Below are positions 1 to 9,699 of a DNA stretch of 64,000 bases, one piece after another. The DNA lies in assembly GCA_037310415.1 (NCBI GenBank), contig CP147780.1, positions 1,088,001-1,152,000 on the forward strand. The letters run 5' to 3'. The first letter of the stretch is position 1. Every line of letters starts with the position of its first letter. The notes below the pieces were generated by a model. The model searched no databases. It was not told the origin of the DNA and saw only the letters and a list, made by a program, of their open reading frames with translations. A program made the position numbers and the translations under genes. The DNA is from Candidatus Atabeyarchaeum deiterrae (GTDB lineage: Archaea > Asgardarchaeota > Atabeyarchaeia > Atabeyarchaeales > Atabeyarchaeaceae).

Positions 1-888
1 AGGCATAAAAGGCAATCCTACAAAGAACTGTGGTGGATTTCCTGGCTCTTTGGGTTGCCAGTAATTTTGGGAACTGCCGTGGCGATTTCGACCAATTCAT
101 GGGCAACAAATCCTGAAGCATTCCTAACTTGGTGGATTATTAGCGAAGTTGCCGTAGTTCTAATCACGATAGTATTCTATTCACCCCGTTGGGTGAAACT
201 TTTCAAGCACAAGCATCGTTTTGTGACAATAGGGCACCATAGATTGTGTAGAGTATGTGGATTAGTAACGGACGCGGAAGGCAAGATTGTTGGGAAGCTG
301 CAGAAAGTGGACAAGAACAGGGCTCTCGAGAAATACAAAACTGATCAATTAATGAAAGCTGAGGAGCAGAGAGCAGAAGAGAGAAAAAGAGAAGAGCAAC
401 TGCTTGAGAGGCTCGGAATCCCGAGACCCTTAAAGACGGAGAAGAATGACCAAGAAACCAAGCGCGTATCCAAAATTGTTCAAAGCGATGTGATTGGACG
501 CTTTGCAGACCCAGAACAGAAACGTGTGGAAGCTGGTCTCTCCTTTGACAGAAAAGACTATTGTTCCACGGTGAACAACCTCAACACTGCTCTGGAATTG
601 GGACTAAAAGAACTGCTGGAAATACCTGTAACAACATCGAACATCAACACTGCGAACATCATCGAGATTTGGGTTAGCAATCACTATCCTTGTTCTCTGT
701 TTCTGTCTGAGGTAAGGAAGCATGTCTTGGATCTCGATAATAAAGTCAAGCATGAAGGATACATACCTTCACGAAAAGATTGTATCGACGGGATGAAGAG
801 CCTGGAGGATCTATTGAAGAAGCTAAGAGAATTGAAGTTGACGGATGATATGAAGAGTAAGCTCCACGTGGGATTGAAGCTGAGATAG
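1..888 (+). CDS. Membrane-anchored hypothetical protein with C-terminal HEPN-like helical domain (5'-truncated by window edge)
   Basis: Frame is open from base 1 (RHKRQSYKELWWISWLFGLP...). Two hydrophobic helices, HxxCxxC, a charged coiled coil, then ALELGLKELL...LDNKVKHEG, which resembles a degenerate HEPN RxxxxH. Confidence 0.5.
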   Translation, partial: RHKRQSYKELWWISWLFGLPVILGTAVAISTNSWATNPEAFLTWWIISEVAVVLITIVFYSPRWVKLFKHKHRFVTIGHHRLCRVCGLVTDAEGKIVGKLQKVDKNRALEKYKTDQLMKAEEQRAEERKREEQLLERLGIPRPLKTEKNDQETKRVSKIVQSDVIGRFADPEQKRVEAGLSFDRKDYCSTVNNLNTALELGLKELLEIPVTTSNINTANIIEIWVSNHYPCSLFLSEVRKHVLDLDNKVKHEGYIPSRKDCIDGMKSLEDLLKKLRELKLTDDMKSKLHVGLKLR

Positions 889-1013
889 CGTCTTGTCTAG
901 TCAAGGTGGTTTCTTGTCCCAATCGCTTCTCATTCTAGGGATTGCTATTCCTATCCGCAAGACCTGTCCCGAGAGTGCCTTGTCTAATTGTTAAACGAGG
1001 TCGCTGCTGGTCG

Positions 1014-1676
1014 CTACTTCAATTCAACAAAACTGAAGAACAGATGATGAATACGAAACGGGGAGCGATCCTTCTCCCTTAAGTGCGTCGAGACGTAATG
1101 TTCCCTAAAAGCAGAAACGGAAGATGCCAAAGTCATGACTTCTACTATTCTTTCTTTATCAACTCGAGTCTTTATTTCTTTGACTATTACGGCAATCCTC
1201 CCAGTATTAATATAGCCAATCAATGAGCCGACTGTGCCATTTGCACAGTACCTCCCTTCAATATAGCGATACAACCCCTGCTTAATGTATTCCCTATAGC
1301 TTCTACTGTTGCCCTCGGCTAACAGTTTGCATTCGAAACCAAAAAACGCCTCTTTTTCCCAACGATCCCTAAAACAAAAATCGATGGTTGGTGGTTTTCC
1401 TCTATCCTTAGCGTGCTCTCGATCAATCTTTTGATTTATGGGGACAACAGCCGGTGGGACGCTGGATGCAGACCAAGCAATATTGACCTCTTTAAAAAGC
1501 TCTTCGGTGATTTCGTCCTCTGACATTTGTGGTTTGACTATGCGATTTCTATACAAGGTAGTGTATGCTTCGCAAACGATTTCGAGAAGTCTGGTGATGC
1601 CCTTGTCCCCTAGATGCTTAGCAAGGTCAAAAGGGCTGCCGGTTCTGTAACCTTCTTGCAGAGAGTCATAAGTCAT
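1014..1676 (-). CDS. PD-(D/E)XK-fold nuclease-like protein coupled to the N6-MTase
   Basis: EDEIT...TIDFCF...FGFECKLL motif. ATG at 1676 overlaps the MTase stop (ATGA); the track start is 1694. Confidence 0.6.
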   Translation of the reverse strand: MTYDSLQEGYRTGSPFDLAKHLGDKGITRLLEIVCEAYTTLYRNRIVKPQMSEDEITEELFKEVNIAWSASSVPPAVVPINQKIDREHAKDRGKPPTIDFCFRDRWEKEAFFGFECKLLAEGNSRSYREYIKQGLYRYIEGRYCANGTVGSLIGYINTGRIAVIVKEIKTRVDKERIVEVMTLASSVSAFREHYVSTHLREKDRSPFRIHHLFFSFVELK

Positions 1677-4657
1677 TGACAATTGCTTCCCCATTCTTCC
1701 ATGATATCTCTATAGACTCTGTCTGCATCTGAGATTGCTGATGACTTCGTCCAATATCTCATCTGATTGGGCTTGATGATATATACACGATTTTTGGAGT
1801 ATCTTCGAAGATGCCTTCTAACGTAAACGCCCCCCGCCTTCTCGTCAATTAACTCTTGGTCCAATTGTTTCAGAACTTTATCCATCTCTTCTTCGCCTAG
1901 CTCTTCGTTCACAATTTCCCGACCATTTGGCACTAGCTGAAGAGAGATCATGCGAAGAGGTCCTTTTGCCGAATATGTTGTTCCGATGAAACTTTGACCT
2001 GGAGGTGAGAATTGGTGATTGAGAGTTTGGCACAAATTTCTCAAGTATTTCTTGACATCAGATTCAGCGGAAGGCTTGATTGCGTCAGAGTCTCCTTTAA
2101 GGCGGAAATAGTCAAGCGTAAATCTTATCGCATCTGCCACAAGTGCCTTCTCCATCTTGTCCAGACCATAGAGATTCATCAATCTGCAATTCTCGGCTTC
2201 TCGAAATTCCTCGTCCTTTGCGAGTCTTTCGAGGAATCTCATGTCAAGGTTGCCTTTAAGAATCCCCTTGGGAATGGGAATGCTCATGATTTCGTTTTTC
2301 GCTAATTCGTCTCTCTCAACGAGCCACCTGCCGCTCGTGAGCATTGCGTAATACAATGGTAAATCTGAGTTTATTGTTTCGCAGACAGCTATAAGGTCAC
2401 TAAGACACCGTTTATCGGAGTGTATTCCAATTATGGATTGTGGAAATACGGAATCTTCGACCATTACTGCGGATATTAGACCGTACCCTTTTCTAGGACT
2501 CTGTTTTATCAGTAGGTGCGGTCCTTTGTATATCTGCCTTTTTTCTGTTCTCGATCTGATGAAACGGTTTTCAGAACATCGTTTCAATGACTTGCTTTCC
2601 ACAATATACTTCTGAAGATTTTCCGCCGTGACCTCCAGTTTTCCAATTAATTCCTTAGTGAAATACCTCCTATTTCCAACGATATACCCTTCCCCATGGA
2701 TCCAACCGCGCTCACGAGCAACCCGATCTAGAGTTGGATTAGACGATAGTTTTCTGATCAATTCATAATCTCTTGGCGACCCCCACATCGCTGTTTTCCA
2801 GATTGTTTCAGATGCCAGTGCTTCCCTGAGAGGTATCTGGGCAATGTCTTGAGGTTCAATTATGAAGGATAATTCATCTTGTAGCGTAAAACTGGGTTTA
2901 GGAGAACAATAGAAGATTGACTCATCTTCTGGAGGAGGTGAAGGCGAAAAAACTATCGCAGCTCCTGGGCCTACAGCATGCGAGAAGAGTAAGTGCCTAA
3001 GGGCAGAGAAGTTGAATATCGCTTTAATCTCATATGTAGAGAAAAAGGCCTTCCTAAATTGCGAATTGCGAGATGAACGATTGAAAAGTAATGCTTTACT
3101 GGACACAATCATGCAGACTTTTCCTTCAGGCTTGCAAAGGTCAGCACTCTTCCAGAGGAAGACTTGACAGATTTGTCGGTCTCCGATTTTCTTGCGACAT
3201 AATTTGACGTATCTTTCCGCGGACTTTGAAAGTTTGCTTTCCCAAGGCGGGTTGCCCACCACCAAATCGAATTTATCATGAAGTTTCGGAATGTTTTCAA
3301 GGGAATCGGCGACAAAGAGATTACCGCCGACCAACCGCTCAAATTTCACCTCATCCCAGATGGTTTTAGGCTCTAGATAGTCGCATACAGTTAGGTAGAG
3401 ACTTAAGGCAGAGATTCTAATCGCTTTTTCATCAAGGTCAACACCAAAAATGCTATTCTTGAGTATTTTGACAAGTTCTGAGGGAGTAGGATTTTGGTAG
3501 CGATTCGATTTCTTCCAGCGAGCTACTAATCTTCGGTAACCTTCGACCAAAAAGATCCCTGAACCACATGCTGGGTCAATTATTCGCATGCTGATGTTTG
3601 GGTCTGAAAGAGGCATGACTTCATCCATTAAGAAGGCGACTAGGTGATACGGCGTATAGTGAATGCCTCTCGGCCACACTTCTTCGTTTTCCTTTTTAAG
3701 TGTGAGGAATTGTTCGTATATGCTACTTATCAATTCGACGGGTATCACGTCAAAAGAGTATAGAGGCCATAGGACCATTTGGCGAGTATCAAGATATTCT
3801 TCGCCCTTTAGCATCCTTTGCAGTAAGTCTAGGTGATCTTGCTTGATTATATTTTCTTCATCTTGCTCAACTACGAAAATATCTCCGTTGAATTTTTCAT
3901 CGAGATATCTAAAGAAGTCGTATGCCGCTTTCTTTGCGCTCAGTAAATCAGTAAAGCAAGCTGCGTCGCAATGGAACCGACTAAAGAAACCCTGTGGAAA
4001 GACACCTCGTCCTTGCGTATCTCGTCTGTCTTCAAGATATTTGATAAAAATCGAGCGAACAAGGATGGAATGAACAATTTTGGATGATAGTCCAGCACCG
4101 ATAAGTTTTCGCCTCATATAGTCAAGATTCTTGAGCAACATCTGAAAAATGCTGCTATCTGTTTTGAAAATACTTATGTTTCTACGCCAATAGTTGCCTG
4201 TTTCGAGTTCAGCTCTTTCATAGTTTCTGAACGATTTTCTCTCATTTTCGACTTCCGAGAAGACTTTGAGTTCTTCAATGAGGCCAGCTTTGTCGTCTCC
4301 TTTTTTGGGAGGTTCCAGATTATTATATATTCGAACTGCATCTGGCAGAACAATAAATAGAAGTGGGGCTTGGCCCATGTTCCATGACAGTTTGTGCAAT
4401 TCAGCTATTTTGGAAGCGGTCGGATGCTCCATTAGTTTGAAGTATATTAACGGTATGGAAGACCCGCCTCTCTGAGGTCTGAGAAAGTATATTGCATCAA
4501 TACCCAGCTTTTTTATTGAGTCTGCAATAATTTGCCTGACATAGGCATCTTCGGTCGAGAGAACATCAGTGACGAGTCCATTATATTTCGAGAAGTCGAG
4601 AAGAGAACAAACCTGTTCAAAGGATGCCTGACTCTTTGGTTTGCCGTTAACTGACAT
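1673..4657 (-). CDS. Large N6-adenine DNA methyltransferase (type IIG/Eco57I-like R-M)
   Basis: GIHYTP, IIDPACGSGIFL (motif I), GVDLD, VVGNPPW (motif IV), C-terminal TRD-like region; 994 aa. Confidence 0.9.
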   Translation of the reverse strand: MSVNGKPKSQASFEQVCSLLDFSKYNGLVTDVLSTEDAYVRQIIADSIKKLGIDAIYFLRPQRGGSSIPLIYFKLMEHPTASKIAELHKLSWNMGQAPLLFIVLPDAVRIYNNLEPPKKGDDKAGLIEELKVFSEVENERKSFRNYERAELETGNYWRRNISIFKTDSSIFQMLLKNLDYMRRKLIGAGLSSKIVHSILVRSIFIKYLEDRRDTQGRGVFPQGFFSRFHCDAACFTDLLSAKKAAYDFFRYLDEKFNGDIFVVEQDEENIIKQDHLDLLQRMLKGEEYLDTRQMVLWPLYSFDVIPVELISSIYEQFLTLKKENEEVWPRGIHYTPYHLVAFLMDEVMPLSDPNISMRIIDPACGSGIFLVEGYRRLVARWKKSNRYQNPTPSELVKILKNSIFGVDLDEKAIRISALSLYLTVCDYLEPKTIWDEVKFERLVGGNLFVADSLENIPKLHDKFDLVVGNPPWESKLSKSAERYVKLCRKKIGDRQICQVFLWKSADLCKPEGKVCMIVSSKALLFNRSSRNSQFRKAFFSTYEIKAIFNFSALRHLLFSHAVGPGAAIVFSPSPPPEDESIFYCSPKPSFTLQDELSFIIEPQDIAQIPLREALASETIWKTAMWGSPRDYELIRKLSSNPTLDRVARERGWIHGEGYIVGNRRYFTKELIGKLEVTAENLQKYIVESKSLKRCSENRFIRSRTEKRQIYKGPHLLIKQSPRKGYGLISAVMVEDSVFPQSIIGIHSDKRCLSDLIAVCETINSDLPLYYAMLTSGRWLVERDELAKNEIMSIPIPKGILKGNLDMRFLERLAKDEEFREAENCRLMNLYGLDKMEKALVADAIRFTLDYFRLKGDSDAIKPSAESDVKKYLRNLCQTLNHQFSPPGQSFIGTTYSAKGPLRMISLQLVPNGREIVNEELGEEEMDKVLKQLDQELIDEKAGGVYVRRHLRRYSKNRVYIIKPNQMRYWTKSSAISDADRVYRDIMEEWGSNCQ

Positions 4658-4890
4658 CAGGGCTCACCTTCTGTGAAGGCATCTTTTCTCCACCAAATCC
4701 AAGTTCCTTTGGCTGCTCCCACTCTTTTGCCTCTGATGAGTCCGTCTCCGCGTAGGTCTCGGAGTCTCAGGAGTATCTTGTTCCTTGTTACATTCGACAA
4801 TATCTCCTGTAGTTCTCCAGTCTCCATTGGCTCGTCATGACTATTAATGATTTTGATGATGGCTTCGATCGTTCTATCATTTGGCTTCAT
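4657..4890 (-). CDS. Small winged-helix regulator, putative controller of the R-M operon
   Basis: PMETGELQEIL...ILLRLRDLRGDGLIRGKRVG...WIWW wHTH pattern. Its stop overlaps the MTase start (TGATG); likely start ATG 4890. Confidence 0.7.
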   Translation of the reverse strand: MKPNDRTIEAIIKIINSHDEPMETGELQEILSNVTRNKILLRLRDLRGDGLIRGKRVGAAKGTWIWWRKDAFTEGEP

Positions 4891-5033
4891 TGGTAGAGTC
4901 ACTTGTATTTTCACTAGGAAATGTATATATAACACTATTTAAAGTAGCATATATAGATTTGTAAGGGGATGCTCATACCCGGCAATTTGCACATTAATAT
5001 GGCTGATCCGACTTAGTGTTTACTGGTGAGAGC

Positions 5034-5644
5034 ATGGACATCATGCTATATCTCAGGGAATTTGTCATCAAGATCCCCTGTGGAATCGAAATCTATAGTG
5101 AAGCGAGCATCAAATATGAGTTGGCTTTTTACCTTCGAGGCGTATTAGGCAAAAAATACAAAATTCAGCTAGAAAGAAACATAGATTTCTTCCAGCTCTC
5201 AAAAGAGAAATATTGGAAAAAAGAAATGGATATTGTGGTCTTCACTCCGGATGAAGAAGGAAACACTGCATTGAGTTGAAATTCCCTGCCCAAGGTCAAT
5301 ATCCTGAGCAGATGTTTAGTGCCTGTAAGGACATAGCTTTTCTGCAACAACTGGTAGAATCAGGTTTCAACGAATGCTACTTTATGATGTTTGCCAATGA
5401 CCCACTATTCTATTCAGATAAAGGCGATGATGGGATTTACAGAATGTTCAGGAAGGAGAAGTTGATCAAAGGAGAGATTAGAAAGCCAACAGGAAAGAAA
5501 GATGAGATATTGCATATCGATGGAGAATATAAGATAAAGTGGGAAACTTTAGAAAGCAGTCTAAAGTTTTTCATCATAGAGGTCAAAACCTGGACGACAG
5601 AGTTATTCGATTTTCTTTGCCGAGCGCGCATGGAGTGTGAATAG
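5034..5644 (+). pseudogene. Frameshifted PD-(D/E)XK nuclease-like gene
   Basis: ORFs 5016-5279 and 5276-5644 join after a -1 shift near 5262 to give EMDIVVFTPDEEG-KHCIELKFPAQGQYPEQMF (D...ExK). Confidence 0.75.
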
Positions 5645-6263
5645 TCCCCCTTTCTGGTCTTTGGAGGGGGTCATTTTCCGACGCTGAGGTTTAGCGCCTT
5701 AAGGGTGAACTTAGTAGGAAGCAGAGAACGCTAGAAATGCCAGCATAAGTGTTGAATAACGCACTCAGCTTGATTCTCGTCCACAACCTATTGACCTATA
5801 GGGATTTTTGAGTGTTAATGAGAGGGGGAAAACTAAGAGAGAAGATAATGGCACCTGATATAAAAGACTCAGCCGAATATGCAAGACCAAAAAGAAAGTG
5901 TGAGACGCGCATTTGGTTCGTCATTTCTTAAGCCCCTGTTAAATAGAGTCTTACGCGATAAGGAGCGAAAGTCTAGCAAGTGACAACTGAAGGTCTATTG
6001 GAGTCGTATCGTTTCAGGGATTGGAAAGAGTGAGGCGGAGAGTTTTCTTTTATGTCTAGTCTTCTGGTTTTCTTTTTCTAAGAACCATCTCGCCGTCCAA
6101 GATTGGACGGGAAGAGAGTCGCTGAGAGCTACGTTTTAGCACTCCAAACCGGCAAAGGACGATGATGATTAGAAGGGTCAATGGCTTGTCAGGCGAACCA
6201 CACAACATCATGGGTCGTTGATACTTCGGTGATAGGTGCGCCCTCTTGGATGTGCACGAATCG

Positions 6264-7016
6264 TTATGGCCAGATTCCACCTGTTCGAACAAAGACTCCT
6301 CCAAATAGCCATAGAAGCAAAACTACTATGAATGCAGACACCAGATCAGGAGGTGATTGCAGACCACTAGGGACACCTATAAGTTGCAGGCACCTCACAA
6401 AAGTGAAGATCGCGGTAGCACCCGTCAAAGCGAAGAACAATCCACCCCAAACGAAGTGTCGCGCCACCGCTTCGTTTACTCTTTTGTCCTTGGCTTGCTT
6501 CTTCCGTGTTCGGAGTCTACTTTGAAACACTCCAAGAAGATTCTTCCACATGGAGCTAATAACCACGTAAATTATGATAATCAACACAATTATGAATAAG
6601 ATGAGAAGAAAGAGACTCAATAGAACTCTTGTTTCCAGAAAGGGGTAATATGAAATCATCACGCCAATCAACGGGATGACAAATGTCTCCCCTCCAGTCA
6701 GTGCTACAACCGATAGGAGAAATAGAAGGAACTTCCATGCACCCAGTCTTTCAGAAACGTTGTCTTCCATTATCCCGCAGTAAACGCCCACATAAAATGG
6801 ATACACGCTCACAGAAGCAATAAGGAAGGGTAAGTAGTCTCTAAGGGCGCCAAGGTAAATGTTCAGCAAGGTAAAGAGGAAGACGATGATTGTGAATGTG
6901 AACAAGAAGGTAGTGTCAAATCAGGAAAGAGCACTTCTCTCTTCCATGGGCTCCCTTAGCCTATTTGTTCGGGAAGCGATCGGCTTCTGCCGCCTTCGCG
7001 TTCGTCTTTCAGTCAT
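6264..7016 (-). pseudogene. Multi-pass membrane protein with in-frame TGA near N-terminus
   Basis: ATG at 7016 has a purine-rich SD-like run and is in frame with ORF 6264-6905, but is interrupted by TGA at 6923-6921. About 6 hydrophobic segments. Confidence 0.5.
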
Positions 7017-7150
7017 TCTTGCCCCTTCAACCCTGCCATAGTAAGTGTCTTCGATTGTTGCCTGCTAGGCTAAGACTTGGATTATATATATTTGGTCCCC
7101 GATAACCTAGTTGGTTATCCAAAAAGGCGTGAGGGGCGTAGTGAAGGATA

Positions 7151-7894
7151 TTGAACACGGATGAGACAGGTGGGGACGTAACTATCCAAGGGGATTTAGA
7201 AAGGCGCAAGCCAGTGGACTCTGAATTAGTCGTAATTAAGACCCGGCTAGAGAATTTCGAGAAAGAAATAGAAGAGTTAGTGAGGAAGAAGAAGCAAAGC
7301 AAAGAGTATCAGGATGAGGCATCGTCATGTATCGGCAAAGTCAAGGAGGAACTAGATGATACCCCGAGATATCGCAGAAGAAAACTACTAGGAAGATATG
7401 GGAAGGATCTTGGATTCCTTTCTCAACAGATTGATGAGAGAAGCCATCAAATCTGGACGCTCGGCGCGCTTTTTGTACCAATATCTTTCCTGATCTTCGC
7501 ACAAACAGTCACGCTAATGGGAGGTCTCGATGTTACCACGCTTGTCTGGAGATTTCTACTGGAGATCGCGTCCTTCATTTGCTACGGCGCTTGGTTTCAT
7601 GTATATCGTAGAGCTCACAGATTTAATGTACTCAGCTACCCACGAATTCATACCTTGGAGAAAACGTTAGGTTGTTCAGGACACTTGTATTTGGGTGACC
7701 TTCGTAATAGATATGGGATTAGCACTAGTCCCCCCAGAATGTTCAAATGGACATTCGGACTGCTTGCCCTCCTTTGGACGATATACATTCTTTCGCCCAT
7801 GATAGTCCTGCTCAACTTTATTGCTTTGATCGGAACTGGGGTGTTTCAAGCATTCATCGTGATCATGTTGATTGGCTCTCTCGACGATCCTTAG
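7151..7894 (+). CDS. Coiled-coil plus multi-TM membrane protein (possible pore-forming effector)
   Basis: N-terminal coiled coil, two TM helices, W...RIHTLEKTLG amphipathic segment, then further TM helices. Confidence 0.55.
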   Translation: MNTDETGGDVTIQGDLERRKPVDSELVVIKTRLENFEKEIEELVRKKKQSKEYQDEASSCIGKVKEELDDTPRYRRRKLLGRYGKDLGFLSQQIDERSHQIWTLGALFVPISFLIFAQTVTLMGGLDVTTLVWRFLLEIASFICYGAWFHVYRRAHRFNVLSYPRIHTLEKTLGCSGHLYLGDLRNRYGISTSPPRMFKWTFGLLALLWTIYILSPMIVLLNFIALIGTGVFQAFIVIMLIGSLDDP

Positions 7895-8494
7895 ACGAAG
7901 ATACACTGCCCTTCTACTTCTCATTGATGGCCATGTTTATAGGTCAGCCTATCCTAGATTTCATTTTAGTCGTGAAAAAAATGAAATTGGGCGTAAATCG
8001 GTTCTTCGAAACACTAAAACACAAAACCAAAACTATCATAACAATAGTCAGCGAAGGGTTTTTCGCGTCAGTTGGTTGGCATTTGTTTAATATTCTGATA
8101 TCAAACATACTTTAGACGAAAATAGAATGGAAGATGTTCAGAGCAGTAATCTATTCATAATTGTTGCAAAGACAATAATTGTAGGCTTCAATAGTTCGTG
8201 TCCTAGTAAATTCTAGCATGTTATCGAATTGTGTTATTATAAGAGTCTGTAATTCAAGAAAATGAAGAAGCAAATTAAATGAATTCCTCCTCTTTTTTGT
8301 TAGCGTCGGGTGCCGCGGTTGAGCGTCTCAAGCGCGAACTTAAAGGTGACGAATCATGAATAACCGCCCCAGATGTTAGGTGGCACCCCTAACATATCCC
8401 CTGAGGTTGTCGGGTATAGGTCAGAGCACTGATCAGAGCGCCGAAAGGACCTCGGAGGAGGTGCTCAAGGAAGCTCATGTTTCACTATCTTTGT

Positions 8495-9619
8495 TCAAGT
8501 CAGTATCTTTTGTGGGGGAGGAGAAGAAAGTATTTTCAACGTGTCGAAGGCGATAGGTTCGTCGATTCTCCAAGGGATAGTCAAGCATTTCTTCGCTGGA
8601 AGACGAACTCTCTCCGGGATTGACCGTGCTTCCGGGTTTAGTATGATCAGCAGAAACTTCGGGTTGAGTTTGGCCGCATCGAGGAACGCATTGTTGATGG
8701 CTTGGTCTCTGAATGAGTAGCCTATCGACAAGTGCGCGTCTCCTTCCATGAGTTCGCGTCTAAGTGCGGAGAAATATGTTGCATAGGGATCCTGTGATAC
8801 ATATTTCTCGTCCATGGGGTAGACCATCAGTTTGCCAGCTACCTTCTCGCCGTGGAAGGAGACGGAAGAAGGTTCCTCTCTGCGCTGGACTATCTTGCCA
8901 TCCTCAAAGATGAAGCGATCGATTGAGCCATGCAGCTTTATTAGTTGTATTCGCACGCCGCCTATGATCCCGTGAGGAGTAAATATGGGCTGTCTTTGAG
9001 CTTCGTTGAGGGAGAATCCATCTGTCAAGTGCTTACCTTTGCTTTCGAAGTACCTCTCTATTGCGAGATCGTAGTTTGTTGTTGCTATGGCGAAGTTTTT
9101 GAGTTCATATTTCTCTCCGTTGGCGTATACGTCTATAGATTGACCGAAGGGCATTATGGCAAAGAGCTTGTCGTATGTCTCCCCTGCCTTGTCGGCGTTG
9201 ACTTTATTGCATTCTTCTGATATCACTTTCTTCGCCCACTCGATGGCATCTTCGATCTCGGGATCTGCTTGGGGTAAGAGTTTGCTGATTGGCGTTTCCT
9301 TGACTGGTGTGCCGCTTGGCATGGCTGGTGTTTCGGCGAGAGAGGCAGCAACATAGCTGGCAAATGGCCCCGCTTCTTTCAGCGCACGCTGCGGTCTCAG
9401 TAGACCATTCAAAACAGAGAAGACCGTTTCAATGTCAACCTCTCTCTGTTCGTAGCCAGATCTCACTAGTTGTCTCTCAACGGAATCTATTAGCTCGAGC
9501 GCATGATCAAGTCCTTCCTTCTCCAGTCTTGCCTTCACCGCTTTATAGAGTCCTAGCATGGTTTCCACACCGAAGACCTTTGAGATTCCAGCTCCGACAA
9601 ACAACATTGCCAACACCAC
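8495..9619 (-). CDS. SIR2-like (SIR2_2) NADase-type defence protein
   Basis: LFVGAGIS, IATTNYDLAIE, LIKLHGSID and LSIGYSFRD motifs. Confidence 0.9.
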   Translation of the reverse strand: MVLAMLFVGAGISKVFGVETMLGLYKAVKARLEKEGLDHALELIDSVERQLVRSGYEQREVDIETVFSVLNGLLRPQRALKEAGPFASYVAASLAETPAMPSGTPVKETPISKLLPQADPEIEDAIEWAKKVISEECNKVNADKAGETYDKLFAIMPFGQSIDVYANGEKYELKNFAIATTNYDLAIERYFESKGKHLTDGFSLNEAQRQPIFTPHGIIGGVRIQLIKLHGSIDRFIFEDGKIVQRREEPSSVSFHGEKVAGKLMVYPMDEKYVSQDPYATYFSALRRELMEGDAHLSIGYSFRDQAINNAFLDAAKLNPKFLLIILNPEARSIPERVRLPAKKCLTIPWRIDEPIAFDTLKILSSPPPQKILT

Positions 9620-9699
9620 AAAAGCTCTGTCTCATACGTCAAGAAGTAAGCGCGCGCGCTAATCCCGACTGGATGCGTGTTCTATGCTGGTATATACTA

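Noticed and set aside
6921-6923. In-frame TGA as selenocysteine
   Set aside because: Membrane protein without a redox motif or evident SECIS; a nonsense mutation is simpler.
8373-8395. Inverted repeat ATGTTAGG...CCTAACAT as an integron attC-like site
   Set aside because: Core sites are in the wrong order, the motif is not repeated between other island genes, and genes lie in both orientations.
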